From NCBI GenBank assembly GCA_021399395.1, contig JAAFKJ010000120.1, forward strand, positions 1 to 35,960: a stretch of DNA of 35,960 bases, given 5' to 3'. Position 1 is the first letter of the stretch, and each line of letters opens with the position of its first letter. Origin of the DNA: Candidatus Heimdallarchaeota archaeon (GTDB lineage: Archaea > Asgardarchaeota > Heimdallarchaeia > Heimdallarchaeales > Heimdallarchaeaceae). A program made the position numbers and the translations under genes. Under the pieces are notes generated by a model. That model saw only the letters and a list, made by a program, of their open reading frames with translations, was not told the DNA's origin and made no database searches. Positions 9,032 to 17,617 of this stretch are shown in pieces.

Positions 9032-10807
9032 ATGAGCACTCAAGAAAACAACCTTTTCCAACCATGTTCTCCTAATGATTTCTATGGATTAAGAGAAATT
9101 CTTAGTGAGTTTAACAAAGTTGTTGAACAAATGAAGAAAGAAGAGGGAAGAACCCATTCCATTTTAGTTGTTGGTGATGAAGGAACAGGAAAAAGCTCTC
9201 TGTTATCAAAACTGCATTCGACTCTGATTGGAAGAAAGGATATTGGACATTCAATAACACTCATACCTGAAGAAAACATGATTTTGGGATTCTTCAAAGA
9301 GTGGAAAAATGCAATAGATGAACTGTCCCCTGATTGGCGTTCTATGATCGAAAAAGTTGGGAAGAAGAAACTAGGTGATGATTTACCAGCTTTGAAGGAG
9401 ACAATAAAAAAACAAAGTTCTCAATCTTACACTGAAGTAATGGTAAAATTATTCTTCGAAAATCTTGATAAAGTTGATCAAAAATTGAAAGAAACGCAAA
9501 CAAATCTGTTTTTCTTTTTTGACAACTTACATCTATTCAAATTAATGGATGTCCAAGAATTTTATCCTATTTTTTCCTCTATTATCAAGGAAATTGTAGA
9601 AAGAGGCTATAATATTGTAGTTATTCCCGCATTCAATGAACGTTTTCTTTATGACTTTGATTATGAGAAGAATTTAACAAACAATTCGCTTATATTGAGA
9701 ACAGAATCTCTTTCTGTATCCGAAACAGAAATTTTCTTACGAAGAAAAGCACCAGCGCTTCTAAATAAGGGTCTTTTAGACCTTGTAACTAACAGTCAAA
9801 GATCATTTTTTGATTTGAATTTAGGTACAGGTTTTGTTGAAACGGGATATGGAATCGATGACTTTGTGGAAAGAGATATTCCTGCTTTATTCAAACTTGA
9901 TGAAGATGAGGAAGCTGCATTGCTTGAAATGTCTTCCTATAATGAAAACCTCTTTCTTATAGAACAACTGACAGCTTATGTCCCACATGAAGCTTTGAAA
10001 TCACTTGAATCTAAAGGAATACTTTGGATCGGAACTAAACATGCTAGATTGTATCAAGAATCTTTGCTTACTGCTATGAAGTTCAGAATGAGACTCTTTA
10101 GTCCATTGACAACCTTAATGGTTTCATTAGATTCAATCTTGGATGATTTAGACAAGTTCATTGCTCCCACAGACAAAATGATAGCTCAGGTTTCAGAATT
10201 AACTGTTAAAATAAGAGATAGACTCGCTGACTTTGCTATAGCTGCAAAAGTAAAACGAGTTGCCAATATGTGCATTCAAAGAAAAATGTATCAAAGAGCA
10301 TATGACTTTGCATTGATCAATGCGATGCAATTTGAACAAATCAGTGAGCTAGAACAAGCAGGTGGATTCTGTGAGCAGATAGCAAGAGAATTTGAAGAGA
10401 AAAACTTCTATTTTGCAGCTAAACTCTACATGAAATCTGCATCGTATTATAGTGCTGTTGATGAAGAATTGAAGGCCAACAGATCATATGCAAGAGCAGC
10501 TGATCAGTTTGAAAAACAAGCGATGTCTCTACCAATTGAAACAAGTGAATATGCTGTTCGTGGGTATATGAAGTCCAGTTTAAACTGCTATAAGAGTATG
10601 GGAGATGCAACTAACTTTGAGAAAGTTAGAAAGAAAGCAATTGAGTTGTATGACCAAGATAGCATTCATCACAATTACTTTACCAATATGGTATATGAGA
10701 AAGAAGAAGAAAAAACTGTTCTAGAAATAGAACCTTCAAAAGAAGAAGAAACTGAGAAAGTAGAAGAAATCTCTATTGATAATATTGAAAAGGAGTTAGA
10801 TTTTTAG
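9032..10807 (+). CDS. P-loop NTPase (archaeal ATPase/STAND-like) with C-terminal TPR/SNAP-like helical repeats
   Basis: FYGLRE, Walker A GDEGTGKS, Walker B-like FFFFDN, wHTH-like ALKSLESKGIL, repeats such as AAKLYMKSASYY and ANRSYARAADQF, acidic tail. Confidence 0.75.
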   Translation: MSTQENNLFQPCSPNDFYGLREILSEFNKVVEQMKKEEGRTHSILVVGDEGTGKSSLLSKLHSTLIGRKDIGHSITLIPEENMILGFFKEWKNAIDELSPDWRSMIEKVGKKKLGDDLPALKETIKKQSSQSYTEVMVKLFFENLDKVDQKLKETQTNLFFFFDNLHLFKLMDVQEFYPIFSSIIKEIVERGYNIVVIPAFNERFLYDFDYEKNLTNNSLILRTESLSVSETEIFLRRKAPALLNKGLLDLVTNSQRSFFDLNLGTGFVETGYGIDDFVERDIPALFKLDEDEEAALLEMSSYNENLFLIEQLTAYVPHEALKSLESKGILWIGTKHARLYQESLLTAMKFRMRLFSPLTTLMVSLDSILDDLDKFIAPTDKMIAQVSELTVKIRDRLADFAIAAKVKRVANMCIQRKMYQRAYDFALINAMQFEQISELEQAGGFCEQIAREFEEKNFYFAAKLYMKSASYYSAVDEELKANRSYARAADQFEKQAMSLPIETSEYAVRGYMKSSLNCYKSMGDATNFEKVRKKAIELYDQDSIHHNYFTNMVYEKEEEKTVLEIEPSKEEETEKVEEISIDNIEKELDF

Positions 10808-10817
10808 GTGAAATGAA

Positions 10818-12272
10818 ATGTCTGAACGAATAATAAAAGATTTAGATAAATTGAGAAGAGATATAGGAAATCTAGATGGAGAAATAACTAATTTCAGAGA
10901 ATCTCTAGATAATTTGCAAGAGTTGCATCAATTCTATCAGACTCTAGCAACTTTAGTTCAAAATAAATTCATAGGTTTGAATGAGAAGTTGCGTGCGTTA
11001 ATAGAAGAAAACAAAAATGCATTAGATGAGTCAATTATTTCTTCGACTTCAACAGAAAGGAAGTTGATAGATGAATGGACAACTACCCAAACTGAATTTG
11101 TGGGTAGTAAGTTAGATTCAACCAAAACTGAATTAGCAAAACTGCAAGATTCCATAGTGTCTCTTTTAACAGAAAGTAGAACGAATTTTGAGGATTATTC
11201 AAAATCATTTAGTCAAAAATTAACAACCACTCTAGGATCCCATGAGAAGGATCTAGAACGCTTGGCGAACAATCAGGTTAACGCATTTAGAAAAGCAGTT
11301 GACGATGTGAAGGAAAACGCAAACCAGATAAAAACAACTAATCTTTCTTCATTCCAGAAGAATACAGAGGATATGAGAAAGCAGCTTGATACGAATATTA
11401 ACATTGCTGAAAACATTATGCAAGAATCTATTGAGCACATGCGTTCTGAATATGGAGATAAATTGACTGAAAATATGGAATCTATATTTGAAAGTTTCAA
11501 TCGAATTAAAAGCGAGCTTGGTCAATTGGTTAGTAACGCAGTGCAAAGAATTCAAGCTGAGCTTTCTGGGGTTACAGATACTATGGACAAATACCTAATT
11601 GATGAGATTGCTAAAATTCAAGATGTTCTCGCTGAATATGAAACAGGTATGATCGACGTCAATGAGGTTGCATTAACTAATTTTAACACTTCTAAAGATT
11701 CAATGCTTGACACTTTTGATACTTTGACAAAAGACCAATATAATACTAAAAACTCTGAATTATCTGAGTTTGAAACAGAGTTTAACAAAGAAGTTGACGG
11801 AATTTTAGTGACCTTATCAGATCAATCTGATACAGTTAAGGGTGAAATTAAAGAATATGTTTCAAACGAACAATCTGATTTGAGTAATCATTTTGAATCA
11901 ATTTTATCGGATATAACAACAAAAATCGATGGTATTCAAAAAGATGCCAACAAGTTAGTAACAGATAAAACTGCTAGTATTGAGGAAGATGTGGTTAGTT
12001 TGAAAACATCTATTGATCGAACTACTCAACAGATAACTTCCCAAATTGACTCAGCTCAAAAAGATGCTTCAGCAGCGGTCGTATCACTATCATCTAACGC
12101 TAAAAGCAGAATCTCTGAGACTCAAAATTCTACAATTTCAGATCTTGAAATTGAAGCTAAGAGTCATATCAAGGGCGCTGAGCAAGCGGAAAAAATGAAG
12201 AAAGATATGGTTGGAAAAATAGAGAAGTTAGAAAGAACTCTCGAAATTATGAAAAATGAATTAGGATCGTGA
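10818..12272 (+). CDS. Long all-helical hendecad-repeat (coiled-coil/apolipoprotein-like) protein
   Basis: 484 aa with no Pro or Cys; hydrophobic residue every 11 positions over aa 113-310; AGGTGA RBS at 10806-10811. Confidence 0.85.
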   Translation: MSERIIKDLDKLRRDIGNLDGEITNFRESLDNLQELHQFYQTLATLVQNKFIGLNEKLRALIEENKNALDESIISSTSTERKLIDEWTTTQTEFVGSKLDSTKTELAKLQDSIVSLLTESRTNFEDYSKSFSQKLTTTLGSHEKDLERLANNQVNAFRKAVDDVKENANQIKTTNLSSFQKNTEDMRKQLDTNINIAENIMQESIEHMRSEYGDKLTENMESIFESFNRIKSELGQLVSNAVQRIQAELSGVTDTMDKYLIDEIAKIQDVLAEYETGMIDVNEVALTNFNTSKDSMLDTFDTLTKDQYNTKNSELSEFETEFNKEVDGILVTLSDQSDTVKGEIKEYVSNEQSDLSNHFESILSDITTKIDGIQKDANKLVTDKTASIEEDVVSLKTSIDRTTQQITSQIDSAQKDASAAVVSLSSNAKSRISETQNSTISDLEIEAKSHIKGAEQAEKMKKDMVGKIEKLERTLEIMKNELGS

Positions 12273-12277
12273 ACTAA

Positions 12278-15200
12278 ATGGAATCAACACTAGAAAATCT
12301 TGGTTTATCAAAAGATGAGGTTCAAGTATATGCAACAATTGTTCAATACGGTTATAGAACCTTAGGACAAATACAATCTTACTATAAACAACCAGCAGAT
12401 ATAATTAATGCAGCTTTATCAAGTTTAGCTGGTAAAGGTTACATAAAAGAGATCAAGGCTAAAAATCAATCAGGAACTCCTTATTTTATACCGCTTCCAC
12501 CTCAAATTAAATTGACGGAAGATGTATCTATACGTCTTGAAAATGAATTAAAAGCTCTAAGCGATGATGTAAAAGCTGATTGGAATAAGACAATGGTTAA
12601 TTTCAGGTCTCAACTAACAACATTTCATAATAAAATAACTGAAGATGTTGATGGACACGCAACTGAGATTACAGCAACTGCTGCAAAATTCTTAGAATCT
12701 CTTGCTAGTGTTGTTTCCTCTGGAAAAGCTGAAACATCTGAAATAATCGGTCGATTGAAGACAGAGACTTCTTCAATTTCCTCCACAAATAGCGATGCAA
12801 TAGCAAAAACTGCTCAAAGAGTGAAAGATAATGTTCAAACATCCTTTGATTCTACTATTCATAAAATTGGTGAGCATCATGATTCTTTCAAACTAAAGAT
12901 TGAGGAAACTCTTAGTTCTCTACAAACTGAACATGATACAAGGACACAAGCTCAGCTGGACGCACTTCTAGAAAAAGTAGAGGGAATTAAAGAGAGTTTA
13001 ATTGTTCAAGTAGAGGAATTTAATGCAACTGCCGCTGGGCAAAAAACACTTATTGATACAATGACAGATGAGACTGTTAAGAAAATTTCAACAGATTCAT
13101 CTGCAGTTTCAAGAGATTCATCAAAGAAGCTTTCTGATACAGTTAACAAAATCATCTCAAATTATGAGAATAAATTGGATGAATATCAAGCAAAAGTCAA
13201 AGAAATCTTAGTGTCGCTGAATGATGAACTGAAAAAACTTGAAGAAGCAACAACCAATAGAATAAGAACTTCAATTGATAAATCAAAAGAAACAGCAGTT
13301 AATATCCTGAAAGAAAATGAGACCAACTTTGTTGATTTACTCAATGTTACAAAAGTTGATTCTGTTGAGAAATTAGGAAAGCTCATCACGCAAACAGAAG
13401 CTAAAACAGAGGAAATGAAAGGAAAATTAAGTAACGATTTAACTTCCTATCTGAAAGATTTCAAGAAGAATAGCGATAGTCTTCTATCTTTGCTTAACTC
13501 TGGAATAGAAAATGGTTTTACTCTATTTGAAGAAAATCTATCTTCTTCAATTGAAAACGTTAGTAACCAGATAGAACAATTTGTAGAAGAAATAATGTCT
13601 GTTTTCAAAGAATCAACTAATACTTATCTAGAAAAATTATCTAAAACTACAACCAAATACGAGAAAACTTTGAAAGGCAGAAAAGAAAAATTCCTTACTT
13701 CACACGAGGAGTTTCAGGAAGGTTTTGTCAATCATATTACCGAGTTAAAGACTTCCGTAATATCAAATATTGAGAAAAATGTTAATGAGAATGATGAGAC
13801 TATTAAGAATCTCTTAACTCAAAATGAAAATAAGTTCATTGCAGATGTTGAGACTTTCTTAGATGAATTTTCAAAAAGAGGAAGAGATGTAAGAGATGAG
13901 GTTCCAAATATAGTTCAAATCAACTATCAAGCAAGTCTCGATAGATTGAATGAACTAGATGACCAACTGAAATCAACGATCACTAAAATAGAGTCGATTA
14001 ATGAAGCATTCCAAGGTTTGGAAGAGAAACAACTGCAAAAAGTGTTTGGAAAAGATGAAGGACCAAAGATGGCTCAGTTAATCGGAAGTATGAGAAGAGA
14101 TATTGAAATAGTGAAGGAAAGCGTAGGAACAAAAGTCGGAGAGATGATTCAAACCTTTTCTAGTTCAATGACTTCCTTATCCAGTGAAATTTTTGATAAG
14201 TTGAATTCCAAACTGGAAGATCTTTCAAGCTTTACATCTAGTACAGTTCAGGCAACCGGTCAGACTTTTGATAACTCTAGAACTCAAATTAACAAGCAAT
14301 TTAATGAATCCTTGGCAGATATGAAGAACACAATAAACGAAACATATGGTACTTATGAAGAACAGTTCAATGAACTACAAGGTACAAGCACCAAAGCATT
14401 GTCAGATGTAGTAGGTGCCGAGTCTAAGGCTTTTACTGAAGTAACTAAATCAATAAGTGGATCACTGGATGAACTTCTTACACCCTCCGATACAGCCGAT
14501 GATGGTAGCGAACAACCTGCTGTTCATGTTACAATTAAAGAAGGATTAGATGCTCTTCAAACAACTAAACAAGAAATATTTGAACTTATGAAGAAAAACA
14601 ATGCTGAAGTTACAACAAAACTTCAGGAGACTCTTAAGACCAATATCGATGAGCACTCTCAACTTGTAACCAAAACCACTGCAACTATGGATAAAACAAT
14701 GAAATCCCTGCAAAGTGAATTTGCATCAGCTAAAAACGCACTTGATACAGATGTTTCTGTCGCTTTAGACGAAGCAGCCAAGAATTACAGCGTACAAACT
14801 GCAAAAGTTGAAGGGGAAATTAGCAATTTAATCGAACAAGATGTCCAACAATTTATGGAAAATACTGAAGATGTGATTGCTGAACTGAATGTATCTCCTG
14901 AGAAATCCTCTCAATTAGATGAAGCTATTGCACAAACTAAAGGAGAACTACAGAAAGTTGGTAGTAGTTATCCAAACTGGATAAAAGCAGACACTGATTC
15001 TTTTGCATCATCACTTGGAACTACAATAGCAGAATTTCAAGAAAGTGCACAAAAAGAGTTAGATACATTATATGTAAGAGTTCAAAGTGATTTACAGAAA
15101 TCATATGATCGTATGGATACAGATTTTGTAAATAATGTAACAGAAATTCAAGGTGAGTTTGACAAAGAAAGGAATGATTACGAGTTAAATATCACACATC

Positions 15201-16051
15201 AGATAAATAGTTTTATCACCAATTCGGATTCAAATTCTTCTGCTTTGGTAACCAATATTCAAGGAACTAAAGATGCTCTAACAGAAGCCATAACCACAGG
15301 AGATAATACAGTTAATGCTGATCTTGGTAACTTAGAAAAAACTCTTACAGATTTATTTGATTCATACCTGGGTTCATTTGAAGAAAAATTGAATGCAGCT
15401 GAAACTGAATCTAAAATTGTTGAAGCTCAGAAAGAACAATATAATTCCAAACTTATGGGATTCAAAGAGGAATTCATCAAAGGCACTCAAAAAGAAATAG
15501 AGAGTGTAGATGCGAATGTCTCTGGGACCTTGAGTTCTATACCAAACAAAATCAGTGGAGCACTCGATGCAACAGGTGAGTCAATGAAACTAATCAAGAG
15601 TGTCCTTACTCTTGGTTCAGGAATTGAACCCAGTCCAATAGAGGATATGTGGATTGTAACTGGAACTGAACAGGTAAATGGGACTATGATGTCTCTATTG
15701 AGAAATACTAAATCTTCAGCAACCATTATCTGTCCAAGAATCAACTGGATAGATCCCGAATTTATAGAAACTTTTGCAAGAAAACTAGAACTTGTAACAA
15801 ATACCTCAATTCATACGGAAGAAGATAAAGCTATCTTAAGTAAGTTGTTAGGGATGGGCAATGTAGTAGTTAAAGACGATCCTAACCTAACTGTAATGAT
15901 GGCAACCAGAGATGGTATTGAAGAAGGTTTCTTAGGACACAAGGCTCCAAGTGGAGAACCTCTTTTAATCGTAACTTTCAATGAAAAAATGGTTGGAGAG
16001 ATTACCAAGATTTACTATGACTTCAGAAGTAGAGCTCCTATACGACAATAG
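12278..16051 (+). CDS. Giant TrmB-like protein: wHTH + about 1040-aa hendecad helical rod + TrmB/PLD-like C-terminal domain
   Basis: N-term LENLGLSKDEVQVY...ALSSLAGKGYI...YFIPLPP; C-term DMWIVTGTEQV...LLRNTKSSATIICP; middle is amphipathic helical repeats. Confidence 0.8.
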   Translation: MESTLENLGLSKDEVQVYATIVQYGYRTLGQIQSYYKQPADIINAALSSLAGKGYIKEIKAKNQSGTPYFIPLPPQIKLTEDVSIRLENELKALSDDVKADWNKTMVNFRSQLTTFHNKITEDVDGHATEITATAAKFLESLASVVSSGKAETSEIIGRLKTETSSISSTNSDAIAKTAQRVKDNVQTSFDSTIHKIGEHHDSFKLKIEETLSSLQTEHDTRTQAQLDALLEKVEGIKESLIVQVEEFNATAAGQKTLIDTMTDETVKKISTDSSAVSRDSSKKLSDTVNKIISNYENKLDEYQAKVKEILVSLNDELKKLEEATTNRIRTSIDKSKETAVNILKENETNFVDLLNVTKVDSVEKLGKLITQTEAKTEEMKGKLSNDLTSYLKDFKKNSDSLLSLLNSGIENGFTLFEENLSSSIENVSNQIEQFVEEIMSVFKESTNTYLEKLSKTTTKYEKTLKGRKEKFLTSHEEFQEGFVNHITELKTSVISNIEKNVNENDETIKNLLTQNENKFIADVETFLDEFSKRGRDVRDEVPNIVQINYQASLDRLNELDDQLKSTITKIESINEAFQGLEEKQLQKVFGKDEGPKMAQLIGSMRRDIEIVKESVGTKVGEMIQTFSSSMTSLSSEIFDKLNSKLEDLSSFTSSTVQATGQTFDNSRTQINKQFNESLADMKNTINETYGTYEEQFNELQGTSTKALSDVVGAESKAFTEVTKSISGSLDELLTPSDTADDGSEQPAVHVTIKEGLDALQTTKQEIFELMKKNNAEVTTKLQETLKTNIDEHSQLVTKTTATMDKTMKSLQSEFASAKNALDTDVSVALDEAAKNYSVQTAKVEGEISNLIEQDVQQFMENTEDVIAELNVSPEKSSQLDEAIAQTKGELQKVGSSYPNWIKADTDSFASSLGTTIAEFQESAQKELDTLYVRVQSDLQKSYDRMDTDFVNNVTEIQGEFDKERNDYELNITHQINSFITNSDSNSSALVTNIQGTKDALTEAITTGDNTVNADLGNLEKTLTDLFDSYLGSFEEKLNAAETESKIVEAQKEQYNSKLMGFKEEFIKGTQKEIESVDANVSGTLSSIPNKISGALDATGESMKLIKSVLTLGSGIEPSPIEDMWIVTGTEQVNGTMMSLLRNTKSSATIICPRINWIDPEFIETFARKLELVTNTSIHTEEDKAILSKLLGMGNVVVKDDPNLTVMMATRDGIEEGFLGHKAPSGEPLLIVTFNEKMVGEITKIYYDFRSRAPIRQ

Positions 16052-16084
16052 TATTTCTTCTTTTTCCTTTCTTTTTAATTTTTC
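16052..16084 (+). terminator. Putative oligo-T terminator closing the three-gene operon
   Basis: tatttcttctttttcctttctttttaatttttc immediately after the stop. Confidence 0.6.
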
Positions 16085-16160
16085 ATTCATTTTTCTTACA
16101 GCACTTCTGTAAGATTTTTATGTGCATATTCTGCTTATATATTATAAGGCGTAGATTCGA

Positions 16161-16526
16161 ATGTGGAGAATGCAACCTTGCCCCATGCACAGAGAGATTG
16201 AAAACACCACTTATTGTGTCTTAGATGATGAATTTGAGATGATTCTTCTAATTTCATTCTATGATCCTGACGAGCTCTTTGCTGCAGATTTGGATGAATT
16301 TGCCAATCCTACATTTTGTTTAAACGCAGTAGTTGCTGATGAGTCGGGTTTTATCTTTTGTCCAACCAAAAATAAGCGAATTGAGATAAGAGGAAAACCT
16401 ATTGCTCACAAAGTCTATGAGAATACAAGAGAAACACTATTGTTTATGGATCCTGAGGCTCAGGGTTGTTCTGACTGTTTGTATAAAGCTTTTGTTGCTT
16501 TAATAAAAAGTTTAGAAGAGATGTAA
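16161..16526 (+). CDS. Small Cys-rich hypothetical protein (possible metal binding)
   Basis: CPMH, YC, FC, FCP and CSDC motifs; fills the space before the convergent gap stop. Confidence 0.6.
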   Translation: MWRMQPCPMHREIENTTYCVLDDEFEMILLISFYDPDELFAADLDEFANPTFCLNAVVADESGFIFCPTKNKRIEIRGKPIAHKVYENTRETLLFMDPEAQGCSDCLYKAFVALIKSLEEM

Positions 16527-17537
16527 TTATTTCTCTCCTAGAATATATTTTGTAAGTCCAATCATTCTGTTTGAATACCCTGTTTCATTGTCATACCATG
16601 CGATAACTTTCACTTGGTTTTTGTGACACATAGTTAGAGATAGATCAACAGTTGCTGAGAATTTTACACCATTGTAATCCGTTGAAACTAAGGGCTCATC
16701 AGAAACAGCAAGAATACCTTTCAGTTCTCCTTCTGCAGCTTTCTTGAATATATCATTCACTTCTTCAACAGTTGTTTCTTTATCAAGTGTATATACTGCA
16801 TCAATCAAAGACACATTAGGTGTTGGAACTCTGATAGACATTGCTTGAAGTTTTCCTTCTAAGTGTGGGAGAACTTTACCTACAGCTTTGGCAGCACCTG
16901 TAGATGTTGGGATCATTGATAGCGCAGCAGAGCGAGCTCTACGCAGATCACCATGGGGTAGATCTAGTATTCTTTGATCAGTTGTATAAGAGTGAATAGT
17001 TGTCATAAAACCAGATTGAATACCAAAAGCTTGATCTAAAATTTTTGTTACTGGTGCATAACAGTTAGTTGTGCAGCTTGCATTCGAGATAATTTTATGT
17101 TCTTCTGGATCGAATTTCTCTTCATTAACACCAAGAACAAAAGGAGGAATAGGTTTGATTACTCCTTTATCAGGAGCTGAAAGAATAACTCTCTTAACAC
17201 CTCTTTCAAGATGTTTGGAAGCTAATTCGTAAGTACGGAATACACCTACACACTCAAAAACCAATTCAGCCCCCCATTTATCCCATGGGATGTTTGCAGG
17301 GTCTCTTTCCTTAGAAATTGGTATTTCCTTGCCTTTCACTTTGAGTGAGTTTTCAGATGCCTTTACATCATATGGAAATTTACCGTGAACACTATCATAT
17401 TTGAGGAGATGTGCCATAGTCTTAGAATCACCAATATCGTTGATTCCAACTACTTCTATTTCAGAATCATCAAAAGCTGCTCTGAAAATACCTCTTCCTA
17501 TTCTTCCAAAACCGTTTATACCTACACGTAATTTCAT
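16527..17537 (-). CDS. gap: Type I (bacterial/eukaryotic class) glyceraldehyde-3-phosphate dehydrogenase
   Basis: INGFGRIGR, LLKYDSVHG, SNASCTTNC active site, TGAAKAVG, RVPTPNVS, WYDNE; GGTGA RBS at 17542-17546. Confidence 0.97.
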   Translation of the reverse strand: MKLRVGINGFGRIGRGIFRAAFDDSEIEVVGINDIGDSKTMAHLLKYDSVHGKFPYDVKASENSLKVKGKEIPISKERDPANIPWDKWGAELVFECVGVFRTYELASKHLERGVKRVILSAPDKGVIKPIPPFVLGVNEEKFDPEEHKIISNASCTTNCYAPVTKILDQAFGIQSGFMTTIHSYTTDQRILDLPHGDLRRARSAALSMIPTSTGAAKAVGKVLPHLEGKLQAMSIRVPTPNVSLIDAVYTLDKETTVEEVNDIFKKAAEGELKGILAVSDEPLVSTDYNGVKFSATVDLSLTMCHKNQVKVIAWYDNETGYSNRMIGLTKYILGEK

Positions 17538-17617
17538 GTATTCACCAAGAAATCACTACTAAATAAATACTACTCTTAAATCAAATAAAAAAGTGAAGGA
17601 AAAAAAATCCTTCAAAA

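Noticed and set aside
10818-12272. SNARE-like protein next to a SNAP-like protein
   Set aside because: No C-terminal TM anchor and no discrete 60-70 aa SNARE motif recognisable by eye
10818-16051. SMC/Rad50 or MukBEF/Wadjet-type annotation for the long helical proteins
   Set aside because: No Walker A/B or ABC signature at the termini, no CxxC hook, and periodicity is hendecad rather than heptad
12278-16051. Phage tape-measure protein or methyl-accepting chemotaxis protein
   Set aside because: No viral genes nearby, TrmB-like termini, and no MCP hairpin signature (LNAAIEAARAG)
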